DNA of 64,000 nucleotides from Planctomycetota bacterium. GTDB taxonomy: Bacteria > Planctomycetota > GCA-002687715 > DRQF01. The notes below the pieces were generated by a model. That model ran no database searches and was not told the origin of the DNA. It saw only the letters and a program-made list of their open reading frames with translations. Every line of letters begins with the position of its first letter. Position 1 is the first letter of the stretch. The position numbers were made by a program, and so were the translations under genes. Positions 28,883 to 37,693 of the stretch are shown in pieces. The stretch spans positions 11,193-75,192 of the forward strand of contig JALTLO010000177.1 of NCBI GenBank assembly GCA_027001995.1, in the 5' to 3' direction.

Positions 28883-31468
28883 ATGAGCATAGACGACAAG
28901 AACACTGCACCTAAGGACCAAGACCAAGATGGGCTTGACGGCGATGCACCTCAGTCCACCCGTGTTGGTTCGTCGGCGAAGTCTCGGAGCAGCTCGCTAT
29001 CTATGGGGTTAGGAGGGAAGACGCTCGGACACTATAGACTTCTGAAAGAAATTGGTCATGGGGGGCAGGGCTATGTTTATCTTGCAGAAGATGAGCATCT
29101 CCATCGGAAAGTCGCCCTCAAGGTTCTGCTTGAATCGGGGCAGATGTCAAAGGCTTCACGATTGCGCTTTGAGCGCGAAGCGGAAGCGGCAGGCATGTTA
29201 GACCACTCTGGCATCGCACGGGTCTATGAGATTGGTGAACACGAAGGTTTGGCGTTTATCGCATTCGAATTCGTCGCCGGTAGGAATCTAGCCGACCACA
29301 TCAGCGAGTCTGGTGACAAGATGATTGCTGGGCAAGCGATCACAGAAGTTCACATCGAATTTGATCAGAATGAGAGCTCGTCTGCTTCGTCAAGCGCAAC
29401 AGAATCGAGCGATCCGAGTACCGCAGACAGAGATGCGATTTTGAGTGCCGTGCGCTACATCGAAAGCGCCGCCCGGGCCCTCCATGCTGCCCATGAAGTC
29501 GGGCTCATCCATCGGGACATCAAGCCTGCCAATCTCATGGTTCGAGACGATGGAACTGCGTGTATCCTCGATTTTGGCTTGGCAAAAAACGAAGAGTCTC
29601 ATGGGATGACGCTGACCCAATCGGGCGATCTTATGGGCACTCCGGCCTACATGTCTCCAGAGCAACTCCTGGCCCATCGCCTCAAACTTGATCGCCGGAC
29701 AGATATCTATTCTCTCGGGGTCAGCTTGTTTGAGGCCTGCACTTTGCGCCGTCCTTTTATTGGCAACAACCGCCAAGAGTTATACCAGGCGATCTCGCAA
29801 CAAGAGCCGCCGAATCCCCGAACCATTAATAAGAGAATTCACAAAGACTTGTCGGCCATTATCTTGACTGCCATCGATAAAGACCGGAATCGTCGCTACC
29901 CGACAGCTTTGGAATTTGCCGATGATTTGCGGCGGTTTCGAGAATTTGAACCAGTCCGAGCTCGACCAGCAGGGCCCTGGGTCAAAGGGGTCCGATGGAT
30001 ACAACGGAACCGAGGCGTTGCTATCAGCCTCGGACTAGCTTTGATGTTCTTGACAACTGGCCTGATTGTCAGCTTGGTCTTGTTGGGCAAGGCACGCAGA
30101 GAGAGAGATAGCCGTTTGGTCGCTCAACAGATCGCCGAGAAACGTCGGGAAGAGGCGGAGTCATCAGCAAGGACTGCAAGGGCTGCAAGGGCTGTCAATG
30201 ATTTCTTGAACAATGATCTCCTTGGGGCGGCGAATCCAGAGAGGGCTCAAGGTCGAGAAACAACAGTGCGAGAGATCCTTGATCAAGCTGCGAAGAGAGT
30301 GGGCAAGACCTTCGAGGACGAACCGGAAGTCGAAATTCAATTGCGGCAAACTCTAGGGGAAACTTACTCGGCTTTGGGATTGTATCCTCAGGCCTTGAAG
30401 CATTTGGAGATCACCCTAGAAAAAGTCAAACACCATTATCCTGGTGAGAGCCTCCAAATGGCCCAAGCTCATTTTGCCATGGCATTTGCCATTGGCGGAG
30501 GAAAGGGAGATCCGGAGGAAGCGGTTCGTCATATGGAAGAAGCCTATGAGATCAGGAAGTCTCTTCTTGGGGAGAATGCTCCAGAGACCTTGATTGCCGG
30601 TGCTAGGCGAGAAGAGTTTCGCGCTTTTGCCCGAGGCAAAGTGGCTCCTCCCATGACGGATTTCTATTTGAAGACGTTTGCCTTGTTGAGAGGAAAAAGC
30701 GAGACTCAACAAGAAATTGAAGATCATCTTGCTCGCAAGATCGGCGAGATTGACAATTTGTGGCGCAGTGGCAAGAGGCAGGCTGCTATTGACTTGGTCA
30801 AGGCAGAAGCGGTCCCCATATTTAGGCACCCCATTTTCGGATCAAAGATACCTCTTGGGCTCTCATCCTATGGCGCGACTACTCTGGCCGACGCTGGTTT
30901 GCTGGGGGCAACTGAAGCCATGATTCTCGCTTCTTTTGACCTCAGCAAAGAACTTTCCGGCCCGAATAGCCATGACACCTTGATGATTGAGGGGCATCTC
31001 GGGAATCTTCGTTTGGAACAGGAAAGACTCGAAGAAGCGGAGAGCATTCTCAAACACGTATTCCAAGTGTTGGAAAAGAAGTGGGGTTTGGGGCACAATT
31101 ATACTCTCGGAGTAGCGTGGAGCCTCAGCGATACCTATCAAGCCCAGAAGCGCCTCGATTTGGCCCAAGATCTTCTCTCAAGAGCCCTTGCTGCTGGGCG
31201 TAAGAAACTGACGTCATCCCACTATTTCGTTCTTCGTACTGCGACAAAGCTGAGTCTTGTGTTGATGAAACGAGGCCAATTTGTGGAAGCGGAGTCTTTG
31301 CTTCTGGAAAACTGGAAAATCTTGGAAAACATGGATGCGAATGGGAAATCTACCCGAAACCAAAAGCTCGCTCGGAAAGGAGCCGTGGCAACGTTGATTA
31401 AGCTCTACGGTGCATGGCAAAAGCCGGCTCAGAAAAGCAAATGGCAAGGTCGGCTGCGGGCGGAATGA
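28883..31468 (+). CDS. Ser/Thr protein kinase with TM segment and C-terminal TPR region
   Basis: Hanks kinase motifs GHGGQGYVYLA, VALKVL, HRDIKPANLMV, DFGLAK and GTPAYMSPEQ, then a TM (VAISLGLALMFLTTGLIVSLVLL) and TPR-like repeats (LGETYSALGLYPQALKHLE). Confidence 0.92.
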   Translation: MSIDDKNTAPKDQDQDGLDGDAPQSTRVGSSAKSRSSSLSMGLGGKTLGHYRLLKEIGHGGQGYVYLAEDEHLHRKVALKVLLESGQMSKASRLRFEREAEAAGMLDHSGIARVYEIGEHEGLAFIAFEFVAGRNLADHISESGDKMIAGQAITEVHIEFDQNESSSASSSATESSDPSTADRDAILSAVRYIESAARALHAAHEVGLIHRDIKPANLMVRDDGTACILDFGLAKNEESHGMTLTQSGDLMGTPAYMSPEQLLAHRLKLDRRTDIYSLGVSLFEACTLRRPFIGNNRQELYQAISQQEPPNPRTINKRIHKDLSAIILTAIDKDRNRRYPTALEFADDLRRFREFEPVRARPAGPWVKGVRWIQRNRGVAISLGLALMFLTTGLIVSLVLLGKARRERDSRLVAQQIAEKRREEAESSARTARAARAVNDFLNNDLLGAANPERAQGRETTVREILDQAAKRVGKTFEDEPEVEIQLRQTLGETYSALGLYPQALKHLEITLEKVKHHYPGESLQMAQAHFAMAFAIGGGKGDPEEAVRHMEEAYEIRKSLLGENAPETLIAGARREEFRAFARGKVAPPMTDFYLKTFALLRGKSETQQEIEDHLARKIGEIDNLWRSGKRQAAIDLVKAEAVPIFRHPIFGSKIPLGLSSYGATTLADAGLLGATEAMILASFDLSKELSGPNSHDTLMIEGHLGNLRLEQERLEEAESILKHVFQVLEKKWGLGHNYTLGVAWSLSDTYQAQKRLDLAQDLLSRALAAGRKKLTSSHYFVLRTATKLSLVLMKRGQFVEAESLLLENWKILENMDANGKSTRNQKLARKGAVATLIKLYGAWQKPAQKSKWQGRLRAE

Positions 31469-31544
31469 GGGACCCCGGTTTTTCATGGAACCTATGACCA
31501 ATCCGGGAGTCAAATGATGCAATCTTGTTCATTCGAGGACTCCC

Positions 31545-32156
31545 ATGAGAATATCCCCCTTCTTTTTTCTTTCCACTTTGATCCTTGGGTTTGCCCCTAG
31601 CAGCGATCCTCTTGTAATCACGAGGGCCGATGTGTCGGAACGGGCTGAGATCAAATCCGAGCCCCTTGATCAGCTTATGTTCTTTGCAGTTTCCGAAGGG
31701 CTCTATCGTGAGGGTGTCAAGAATGATGACGTTGACATCATCTTGGCACAGGCCGAAGGGGAAGGGGGGACCCTGGCATACGTGAATTTCGTCTATGGCT
31801 GCGGGCTTTGCACTCCGTCATTGAATGCGTTTCGGAACTATCGCGAAAGGCAGCTTTTCTTTGCTTCAAAGACTCACGCGAGGAGTTTCGGCAAGGGCTT
31901 AGGCAAGGTTGAAAGAGTGAGGCTGCGTAGCAAGGACCCTCAAGTACGCCTGAACTGCCTCCAAGGAATGATTCAAAGGTGGATCAAGCAGAGGCTTGAC
32001 AGCAAGCGTTTGACGGCTGTGGAGAAGCGCCACTACCGAATTGGTCTGTCTCGACTCCGGAAGGACGCCATGCTGTTCCTTAAGGCACCCAAGTCCCTTT
32101 ATGGGTCCAAGGCGAAATGTGCCGTTTGCGAGGGTGCGGTGGAGAGCTCTCGATGA
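31545..32156 (+). CDS. Hypothetical secreted protein with two CxxC motifs
   Basis: Signal-like N-terminus MRISPFFFLSTLILGFAPS, plus CGLC and CAVC motifs. No family recognised. Confidence 0.45.
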   Translation: MRISPFFFLSTLILGFAPSSDPLVITRADVSERAEIKSEPLDQLMFFAVSEGLYREGVKNDDVDIILAQAEGEGGTLAYVNFVYGCGLCTPSLNAFRNYRERQLFFASKTHARSFGKGLGKVERVRLRSKDPQVRLNCLQGMIQRWIKQRLDSKRLTAVEKRHYRIGLSRLRKDAMLFLKAPKSLYGSKAKCAVCEGAVESSR

Positions 32157-32430
32157 AGGTGCTTACCTCTGACCAAATGGGGCTGGTTGGGGCAGCAAAG
32201 GTGGATTCGTTGCACCATTTTGTCAATTCTGCGGCTGAGTTATGGCCCCTATGTCGATGAATGACCAGTTCTTGGTAGTGGATGCCACATACCTTAAGTC
32301 ATTTATTTGTAACAGTTTGAGGTGTTATGGCTGAGGGAATTGAGTGAATTTTCAATTTCATTACAGGGAAAGGCACGGACGTTGCGATGGGTTGGGCAAG
32401 TTTCACTTAGTTTTGGATAACGAGGTTGCC

Positions 32431-32601
32431 ATGATTATCAAATACGCACTTTCGATGCAGGGTGTTCGCTACTATCAAGTCTTTGAAGGCGACGATGACA
32501 TCTTCATGGGCACTTTGGGCGAATGCAAACGTTTCATTTCGATCCACAACGCCAAGATCCTCGAACGTCAGGCTATGGCCCGAGCAGCTCGCGCTTCCTG
32601 A
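32431..32601 (+). CDS. Small hypothetical protein (56 aa)
   Basis: ORF 32344..32601 trimmed to the ATG at 32431, preceded by GAGG 6 nt upstream. A strong terminator hairpin lies 40 nt after the stop. Confidence 0.45.
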   Translation: MIIKYALSMQGVRYYQVFEGDDDIFMGTLGECKRFISIHNAKILERQAMARAARAS

Positions 32602-32640
32602 TCGCTTTTGAAACTTTCCTAACAGTCAATCCAGTATAAG

Positions 32641-32668
32641 GTAGGAGATACACAATCTCCTACTTTTT
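32641..32668 (+). terminator. Rho-independent terminator
   Basis: Perfect 9-bp stem GTAGGAGAT (32641..32649) / ATCTCCTAC (32655..32663) with a 5-nt loop, followed by TTTTT (32664..32668). Confidence 0.8.
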
Positions 32669-32682
32669 CATGGACACGCGGA

Positions 32683-33903
32683 TTGCACTCATATCGTTTC
32701 CCCATCATCGGCCTACTCCTCACCCTCTTCCTTCCCGGAGCTTTAGGGCAGGAAAAGACTTATAGGCCGTGGTTCCCACAAGCTATTCTTAATGAATCCA
32801 CAGGCATCGTCGTGGCGACTTATGTGCGCACGACTAAGCTCCCAAGCAAGGAACTCTTGCATCGGTTTCAGGTAAAGAGTGTTCTGAAGGGACAAGAATC
32901 CAAGAGCATCTTGGTCATTGGCGCCGAGCGTTCAATTCTTACCGAGAAGAAGCTTGAGAAAATTCTCTTTTTGAGAAGAACGAAGCACGCTTCATTTCGG
33001 GTTGTGATCGATTTCGTTGATCTTCCCCGCCGTGATGCCGTCAATCGTGTTTCCTTCTTGGAGTCCTATCTTAAGCTCATCAAGGCTGCTAAGGGCTCTT
33101 TGGCAATTCCCATGAAGCAACTCTGTTTTGATCACATCGAGACTTCGAGTTCCTGGGTGCGCCGCATCATTATTCGAGAGCTATTTCGGCTGGCCACCGT
33201 TCGTGCCGATCTCTTCAGTTCTTCTGATCTCTTTGAGGTCGAGAAGCTGCAAACAAGGGTGGCAGGCAAGTATGACAAGAGAACGGTCGCCCGTATCCGA
33301 TTGGCCATCGAAGAAGGCAAAGCCCTCAAGTGGACCCGCTCCCGTCTTGTTTTTCCTGACGCTGAAACCCGTCGCGCCTATCTGGCAGATTTGGCACTCT
33401 TTGAGAAATCGAAGGACGTGAAGAAGCGCCTGCAATTCTTGAAGGACACGGTTGAGACCTTTCGCAAGGCTTCAGCTCCGTTTCTTGCCAATTTGCTGTC
33501 AGACTCTTCCGCCGAGGTCGTGAAACAAGCGATCTTCTATCTGGGAGAACTGGAGTCCGGAGCTGGAGTAGGAAAACTGGTGACTTTGGCACAATCGTCC
33601 CCCCAAATGGAAATTCGGCAAGCTGCTGTCTTGGCTCTTGGAAAAATCGCAGCAACGAGGGTGACCCCATCTCTGGTGGCCCTCCTGGGGGTAGAAGAGT
33701 TGCAGGAGGCTGTTCTTCGGGCCTTGATCGCCCTGGACACCCCCAGCAGCGTTCAGGCAGTTCGCGAGTTTGATGACGCACGCAGGCGTGATCCGAAATC
33801 TTCTCCAGAGCTTCGTGTCTATTTGGCCAAAATTCTCGGAAAACCGTTTCGCAAACAATTGGAGCGGGAGCACCGCGCGCGCTTGACCAAATATGCCCGC
33901 TGA
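32683..33903 (+). CDS. Secreted HEAT-repeat protein
   Basis: Signal peptide FPIIGLLLTLFLPGALGQ (TTG start in the ORF track). C-terminal HEAT-like repeats are SDSSAEVVKQAIFYLGEL, SSPQMEIRQAAVLALGKI and LQEAVLRALIAL. Confidence 0.5.
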   Translation: MHSYRFPIIGLLLTLFLPGALGQEKTYRPWFPQAILNESTGIVVATYVRTTKLPSKELLHRFQVKSVLKGQESKSILVIGAERSILTEKKLEKILFLRRTKHASFRVVIDFVDLPRRDAVNRVSFLESYLKLIKAAKGSLAIPMKQLCFDHIETSSSWVRRIIIRELFRLATVRADLFSSSDLFEVEKLQTRVAGKYDKRTVARIRLAIEEGKALKWTRSRLVFPDAETRRAYLADLALFEKSKDVKKRLQFLKDTVETFRKASAPFLANLLSDSSAEVVKQAIFYLGELESGAGVGKLVTLAQSSPQMEIRQAAVLALGKIAATRVTPSLVALLGVEELQEAVLRALIALDTPSSVQAVREFDDARRRDPKSSPELRVYLAKILGKPFRKQLEREHRARLTKYAR

Positions 33904-34010
33904 ACGGAGCGTTGCCCGTTTGATGCTTCTTCCCTCCCGTGCTACCGTAAACCCTGTTCGAGCCCATTGATAGCAGAGTTTTTCCCGCTCAGATTGAGGG
34001 TCAGTTCTTC

Positions 34011-35603
34011 ATGTTGCATTTTTCTCGGATAGGGTCATTCTCTATCATAATAATTGGCATGTTTTTTTCGTTCTTGCCAGTTGCTTTTGCACAGGTGGAA
34101 AGCACCGCCGCTGAAACTCATGTTTCGCCTAAGAAGAGTTCTCCGCGACAGTTGAGAATCGGTGTGGAAGATGCTGTGCGTTTAGCCACCACCCACAACA
34201 GCTCCTTGAAAGTTGCCTATTTTAATCAATTGATTGACCACACTTCTGTTTCTGAATCGGAAGCCAAGTTTGAACCAACATTGAATCTCGCCGCCAACTA
34301 TGGCGCTCGCGAGTCGGTGTTTCCAAGCACTTTCCCTACAGGAAACACCAATCCAGATGGAACTCCCGAGTTCTTCCAAACCATCGTCACCAACTCGGCG
34401 GATGCCGCGGGGTTCAGCGCTGGGGTCAAAGGGCTCTTTCCTACAGGCGCCACTTACGAAATGCAAATTGGCACCAGCTTCGAGAACAATGAACGAGGGG
34501 GTTTGATTAACCCAAGTTTTCAAACATCGACGACGGTGACTTTCACCCAACCGATTCTTCGAAATGCTTGGCTTCAATATAACTACGCCGAGATTCGATT
34601 GGCGCGTTTTGCCGAATCTCAAAGTCGGCAGCGATATCGCACCGATGTTTTGGCTACGATTCAGGCAGTTCATGAAGCCTATTGGAACTATGTCTTCTCA
34701 ATCAAAGACTTGACGGTGAAGAAACGTTCTTTGGAGCTGGCGAACAAACTCTTAGACATCAACCGGGTGAAAGTGGAGACAGGCGTTTTTGCTCCCATCG
34801 AAATTGCTGCTGCAGAGTCGGGGGTGGCAACACGTGTGACCGATGTCCAAGTGGCAGAAAATGCTATTGAAGACAATGCGGATCGTTTACGTCGGCTCAT
34901 TTTGAGCTTCGCAAAGCGTTCCGATTGGGATATCGATCTCATTCCAACAGACGATATCAAGGAAACAACATGGAAAATTCCGCCACTTGATGAATGCATT
35001 GATATTGCCCTTTCGGAAAGACCAGATCTTTCAGAATCTCGCCTGAATCTCCGTCGCCAAGACATCAATATCGCCGTGGCAGACAATGAGCTCTTACCCA
35101 AAGTTGACGTGGCGGGTTCGGTGACCTTCACGGGTCTGAATAGTGGCTTTGATAGCTCATTCACTGATAGCTTTGGAACTGTCGGTGCTGAGACTTGGAA
35201 TTTGGCGGTCACTTTGGAGATCCCCCTGGGGAATCGCGCTGCAAGAGCAAAGCTGTCTCGGTCGCGTCTTCAAAGAGATCAAGCTTTGATGACCTACAGA
35301 GATCTTCAGTTGACCGCCATGGAAGAAGTACGAAAGTCCTATCGCGACGTGGAGATTGCCCTCAAGACCACCCAATCCCAGAAGAAAGCAATGGAGCTCA
35401 AAAGAGAAGAGCTCAAGAACGAACAGATCAAACTGGAGAACAAGGTCTCAACGAATTTCCAAGTCTTGGAGGTTGAAAGTGATCTGGCAGAACGCAAAAG
35501 TGAATTTATTCGGGCATTGGTTCAATATCGAATAGCTTTGTCGAGCTTGGCCAAGGCCATGGGATCAAGTCAAAGAGTGCTGAAATGGTCGCTTCGCCGT
35601 TAG
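34011..35603 (+). CDS. TolC-family outer-membrane efflux protein
   Basis: Signal peptide, then the typical OEP start LRIGVEDAVRLATTHNSSLKVAYFNQL and a second half-repeat LDECIDIALSERPDLSESRLNLRRQDINI. Coiled-coil-rich two-repeat layout. Confidence 0.8.
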   Translation: MLHFSRIGSFSIIIIGMFFSFLPVAFAQVESTAAETHVSPKKSSPRQLRIGVEDAVRLATTHNSSLKVAYFNQLIDHTSVSESEAKFEPTLNLAANYGARESVFPSTFPTGNTNPDGTPEFFQTIVTNSADAAGFSAGVKGLFPTGATYEMQIGTSFENNERGGLINPSFQTSTTVTFTQPILRNAWLQYNYAEIRLARFAESQSRQRYRTDVLATIQAVHEAYWNYVFSIKDLTVKKRSLELANKLLDINRVKVETGVFAPIEIAAAESGVATRVTDVQVAENAIEDNADRLRRLILSFAKRSDWDIDLIPTDDIKETTWKIPPLDECIDIALSERPDLSESRLNLRRQDINIAVADNELLPKVDVAGSVTFTGLNSGFDSSFTDSFGTVGAETWNLAVTLEIPLGNRAARAKLSRSRLQRDQALMTYRDLQLTAMEEVRKSYRDVEIALKTTQSQKKAMELKREELKNEQIKLENKVSTNFQVLEVESDLAERKSEFIRALVQYRIALSSLAKAMGSSQRVLKWSLRR

Positions 35604-35682
35604 AAGCCATTTCATTTGTGGCTAAAGATGAGACCAAAATCGAAATGCGCATTCCACAAGAACTCATTAGGATCGAATTCTC

Positions 35683-37095
35683 ATGGATATGAAGACCCTT
35701 TTGCTCTACGGCGCAGTTGTGGCTCTCGCGGCTGGCTTAGCAGTCTTGGTATTTTCGGAACCGGCCACTTCAGATTCGCTTGGAGATAGGGAGGTTGTGC
35801 AGGTTGATGATCCAGCTTGGTATCGAACCGCCTCTTTCGGAACTCGTTTGGCTGCTCTCAAGAAGCGCCTTGCATTGATGACTTCTCGCGCGATTGCACC
35901 GGAGCAAACAGGACCGGTGAAGGATGACATTGCGCTTCTTTGCCGAGATGAAGCTTTGGTGGACGTTGTGATTGACTCCTTCGAATCTCATCCTCATTTG
36001 ACCTCAGCCCTTCTGTCCGCATACATGGAGATCTTTGGCCGAGTCAAGAATCCCAAATTCACGCCTCTTTTGAAGCGCGGTTTTGAAAGTCCTGAGTTTG
36101 AAGTACGGATGAACGCTGCTGCCGCAGGAATGGTTCACGGAAGTGCTCGCTCCATCGAAGAGATTGGCCAAGCTCTTCTTGTCAGCTCGGGAGCCCAAGC
36201 CGGAAGTTTGTTGGCGACGCTCTTGGCCGACGGTGGGGGAAACGCACTCCATTGGGTCGAGGCCGTTATTGCCGAGAGAGAAGAAGAAGGCTTGCTCATC
36301 CCTTCTCTTCGTGCCATGGGAGACGCCCGATACATGAACGCTATTCCGACGATTCGTCGCCGTCTGAAGCATCCCAGTGCTGCGGTGGAGATTGCTGCCG
36401 CCGCTGCTTTAGCGATTATGGGCCAACAGGATGGCTATCAGTATATTCGCAACTTAGCCATGGACGAGAAAGCCAGCCCTTTGGCAAGAGCTGAAGCCGT
36501 CCAAGTCTTGCACACCGTAGCCGGTGGCAAAAACAAGGAGCTCTTTCGCAAACTGGCCTCGCGTAAAGACGCTGCGGGCTTTGAGTCGCGGCTTGTTTTG
36601 CTGAAGTTGCGCGATCCAGAAATGATCAAGCAATTGAGAAGTAAAGCTTTGGGAAAGAGAGGTCTCGACAAAGTTCAGGCTGCAGGGGCCCTTGGGGCTT
36701 CTGGGGTGGAAGAAGATGCGGCATTCTTGGCAGAGCATGTGGACGAATTTGATGTGGCGACGCTTCGCGCTGTCATCGAATCTCTCAAACGAGGCCGGCC
36801 GAAAAACGCCGGTCGTTTCATCGCCAACCTGGCAGCCTTGAAAAAGCCGGAAGCAGGCTTGGCTTATCGCGCTTTTTCTCAGTATGGCGAGGATGCTCTG
36901 GATGACTTGGCCCGTGTCCTTGCCAAAGAGACAGACCCGGAACGACGTGACCTGCTATTGAGAGCTGCGTCGCTTGTACCGTGTGAAAAGTCATTGGCTA
37001 TCCTTCAGTCCGTAGACGCGGGAGACGATCGCGATTTGTGGATGCTTGTTCGGAGTCTTATTCGCAAAGTTGATCTGGGGATCCTTAAGAAATGA
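35683..37095 (+). CDS. Membrane-anchored HEAT-repeat protein
   Basis: N-terminal TM LLLYGAVVALAAGLAVLVF. HEAT-like repeats are SPEFEVRMNAAAAGM, HPSAAVEIAAAAALAIMG and SPLARAEAVQVLHTV. Confidence 0.5.
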   Translation: MDMKTLLLYGAVVALAAGLAVLVFSEPATSDSLGDREVVQVDDPAWYRTASFGTRLAALKKRLALMTSRAIAPEQTGPVKDDIALLCRDEALVDVVIDSFESHPHLTSALLSAYMEIFGRVKNPKFTPLLKRGFESPEFEVRMNAAAAGMVHGSARSIEEIGQALLVSSGAQAGSLLATLLADGGGNALHWVEAVIAEREEEGLLIPSLRAMGDARYMNAIPTIRRRLKHPSAAVEIAAAAALAIMGQQDGYQYIRNLAMDEKASPLARAEAVQVLHTVAGGKNKELFRKLASRKDAAGFESRLVLLKLRDPEMIKQLRSKALGKRGLDKVQAAGALGASGVEEDAAFLAEHVDEFDVATLRAVIESLKRGRPKNAGRFIANLAALKKPEAGLAYRAFSQYGEDALDDLARVLAKETDPERRDLLLRAASLVPCEKSLAILQSVDAGDDRDLWMLVRSLIRKVDLGILKK

Positions 37096-37101
37096 CAGCC
37101 G

Positions 37102-37683
37102 ATGCAGATCGTTAAGAGTGTGGTCCAAGAGGGGCATGTGGATCACATCCGTGAAGGTACTCGTGCCTATTTCTTGGGCGAGAATTATACCGAACTTCAG
37201 ATCGACAAAGAGCAGTTGCGTTTTTGCAAGCATGGGGCTGTAAAGGTGGCCATGAACTCAAAAATCGAGTCTCTGCCAACAGTGCTTGATGTTCGTTTGA
37301 TTCCCCAAGTCGACAGAGACGGCCATGACTTGGTTGTTCTGACCTTGAACTATGAAGTAAAAATGAAGTTTCGACTAGTGAGTCGAATCGACACATTATT
37401 TTTCGATTTGGAAACCGAGGCCCTTCAAGAGTACTTAGAGACGGGGAAGCGTAGTTTTGATGTGGGACGGTTGAACGATGTTCGCAATCCCATCGCCATT
37501 ACAGCTTTTGGTAACGCTCTTTTGACTGCTTTTCTGATCGGAGCGGCGGGGCTCTTGATCGGGGCTAAAGCCCATGTCATCTTTCCGATCGCCCTTGGCA
37601 TCAGCTTGATTACCTATGTCAGTATTATTGGTTTCGCCGATATCATTGTTGATGGCATGGATCAGCTCAAGCACAAGAAATAA
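37102..37683 (+). CDS. Hypothetical protein: ~140-aa soluble domain plus two C-terminal TM helices
   Basis: Starts 6 nt after the preceding stop. C-terminal hydrophobic stretches are ITAFGNALLTAFLIGAAGLLIG and IFPIALGISLITYVSIIGF. No family recognised. Confidence 0.45.
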   Translation: MQIVKSVVQEGHVDHIREGTRAYFLGENYTELQIDKEQLRFCKHGAVKVAMNSKIESLPTVLDVRLIPQVDRDGHDLVVLTLNYEVKMKFRLVSRIDTLFFDLETEALQEYLETGKRSFDVGRLNDVRNPIAITAFGNALLTAFLIGAAGLLIGAKAHVIFPIALGISLITYVSIIGFADIIVDGMDQLKHKK

Positions 37684-37693
37684 TCGGCAACCA

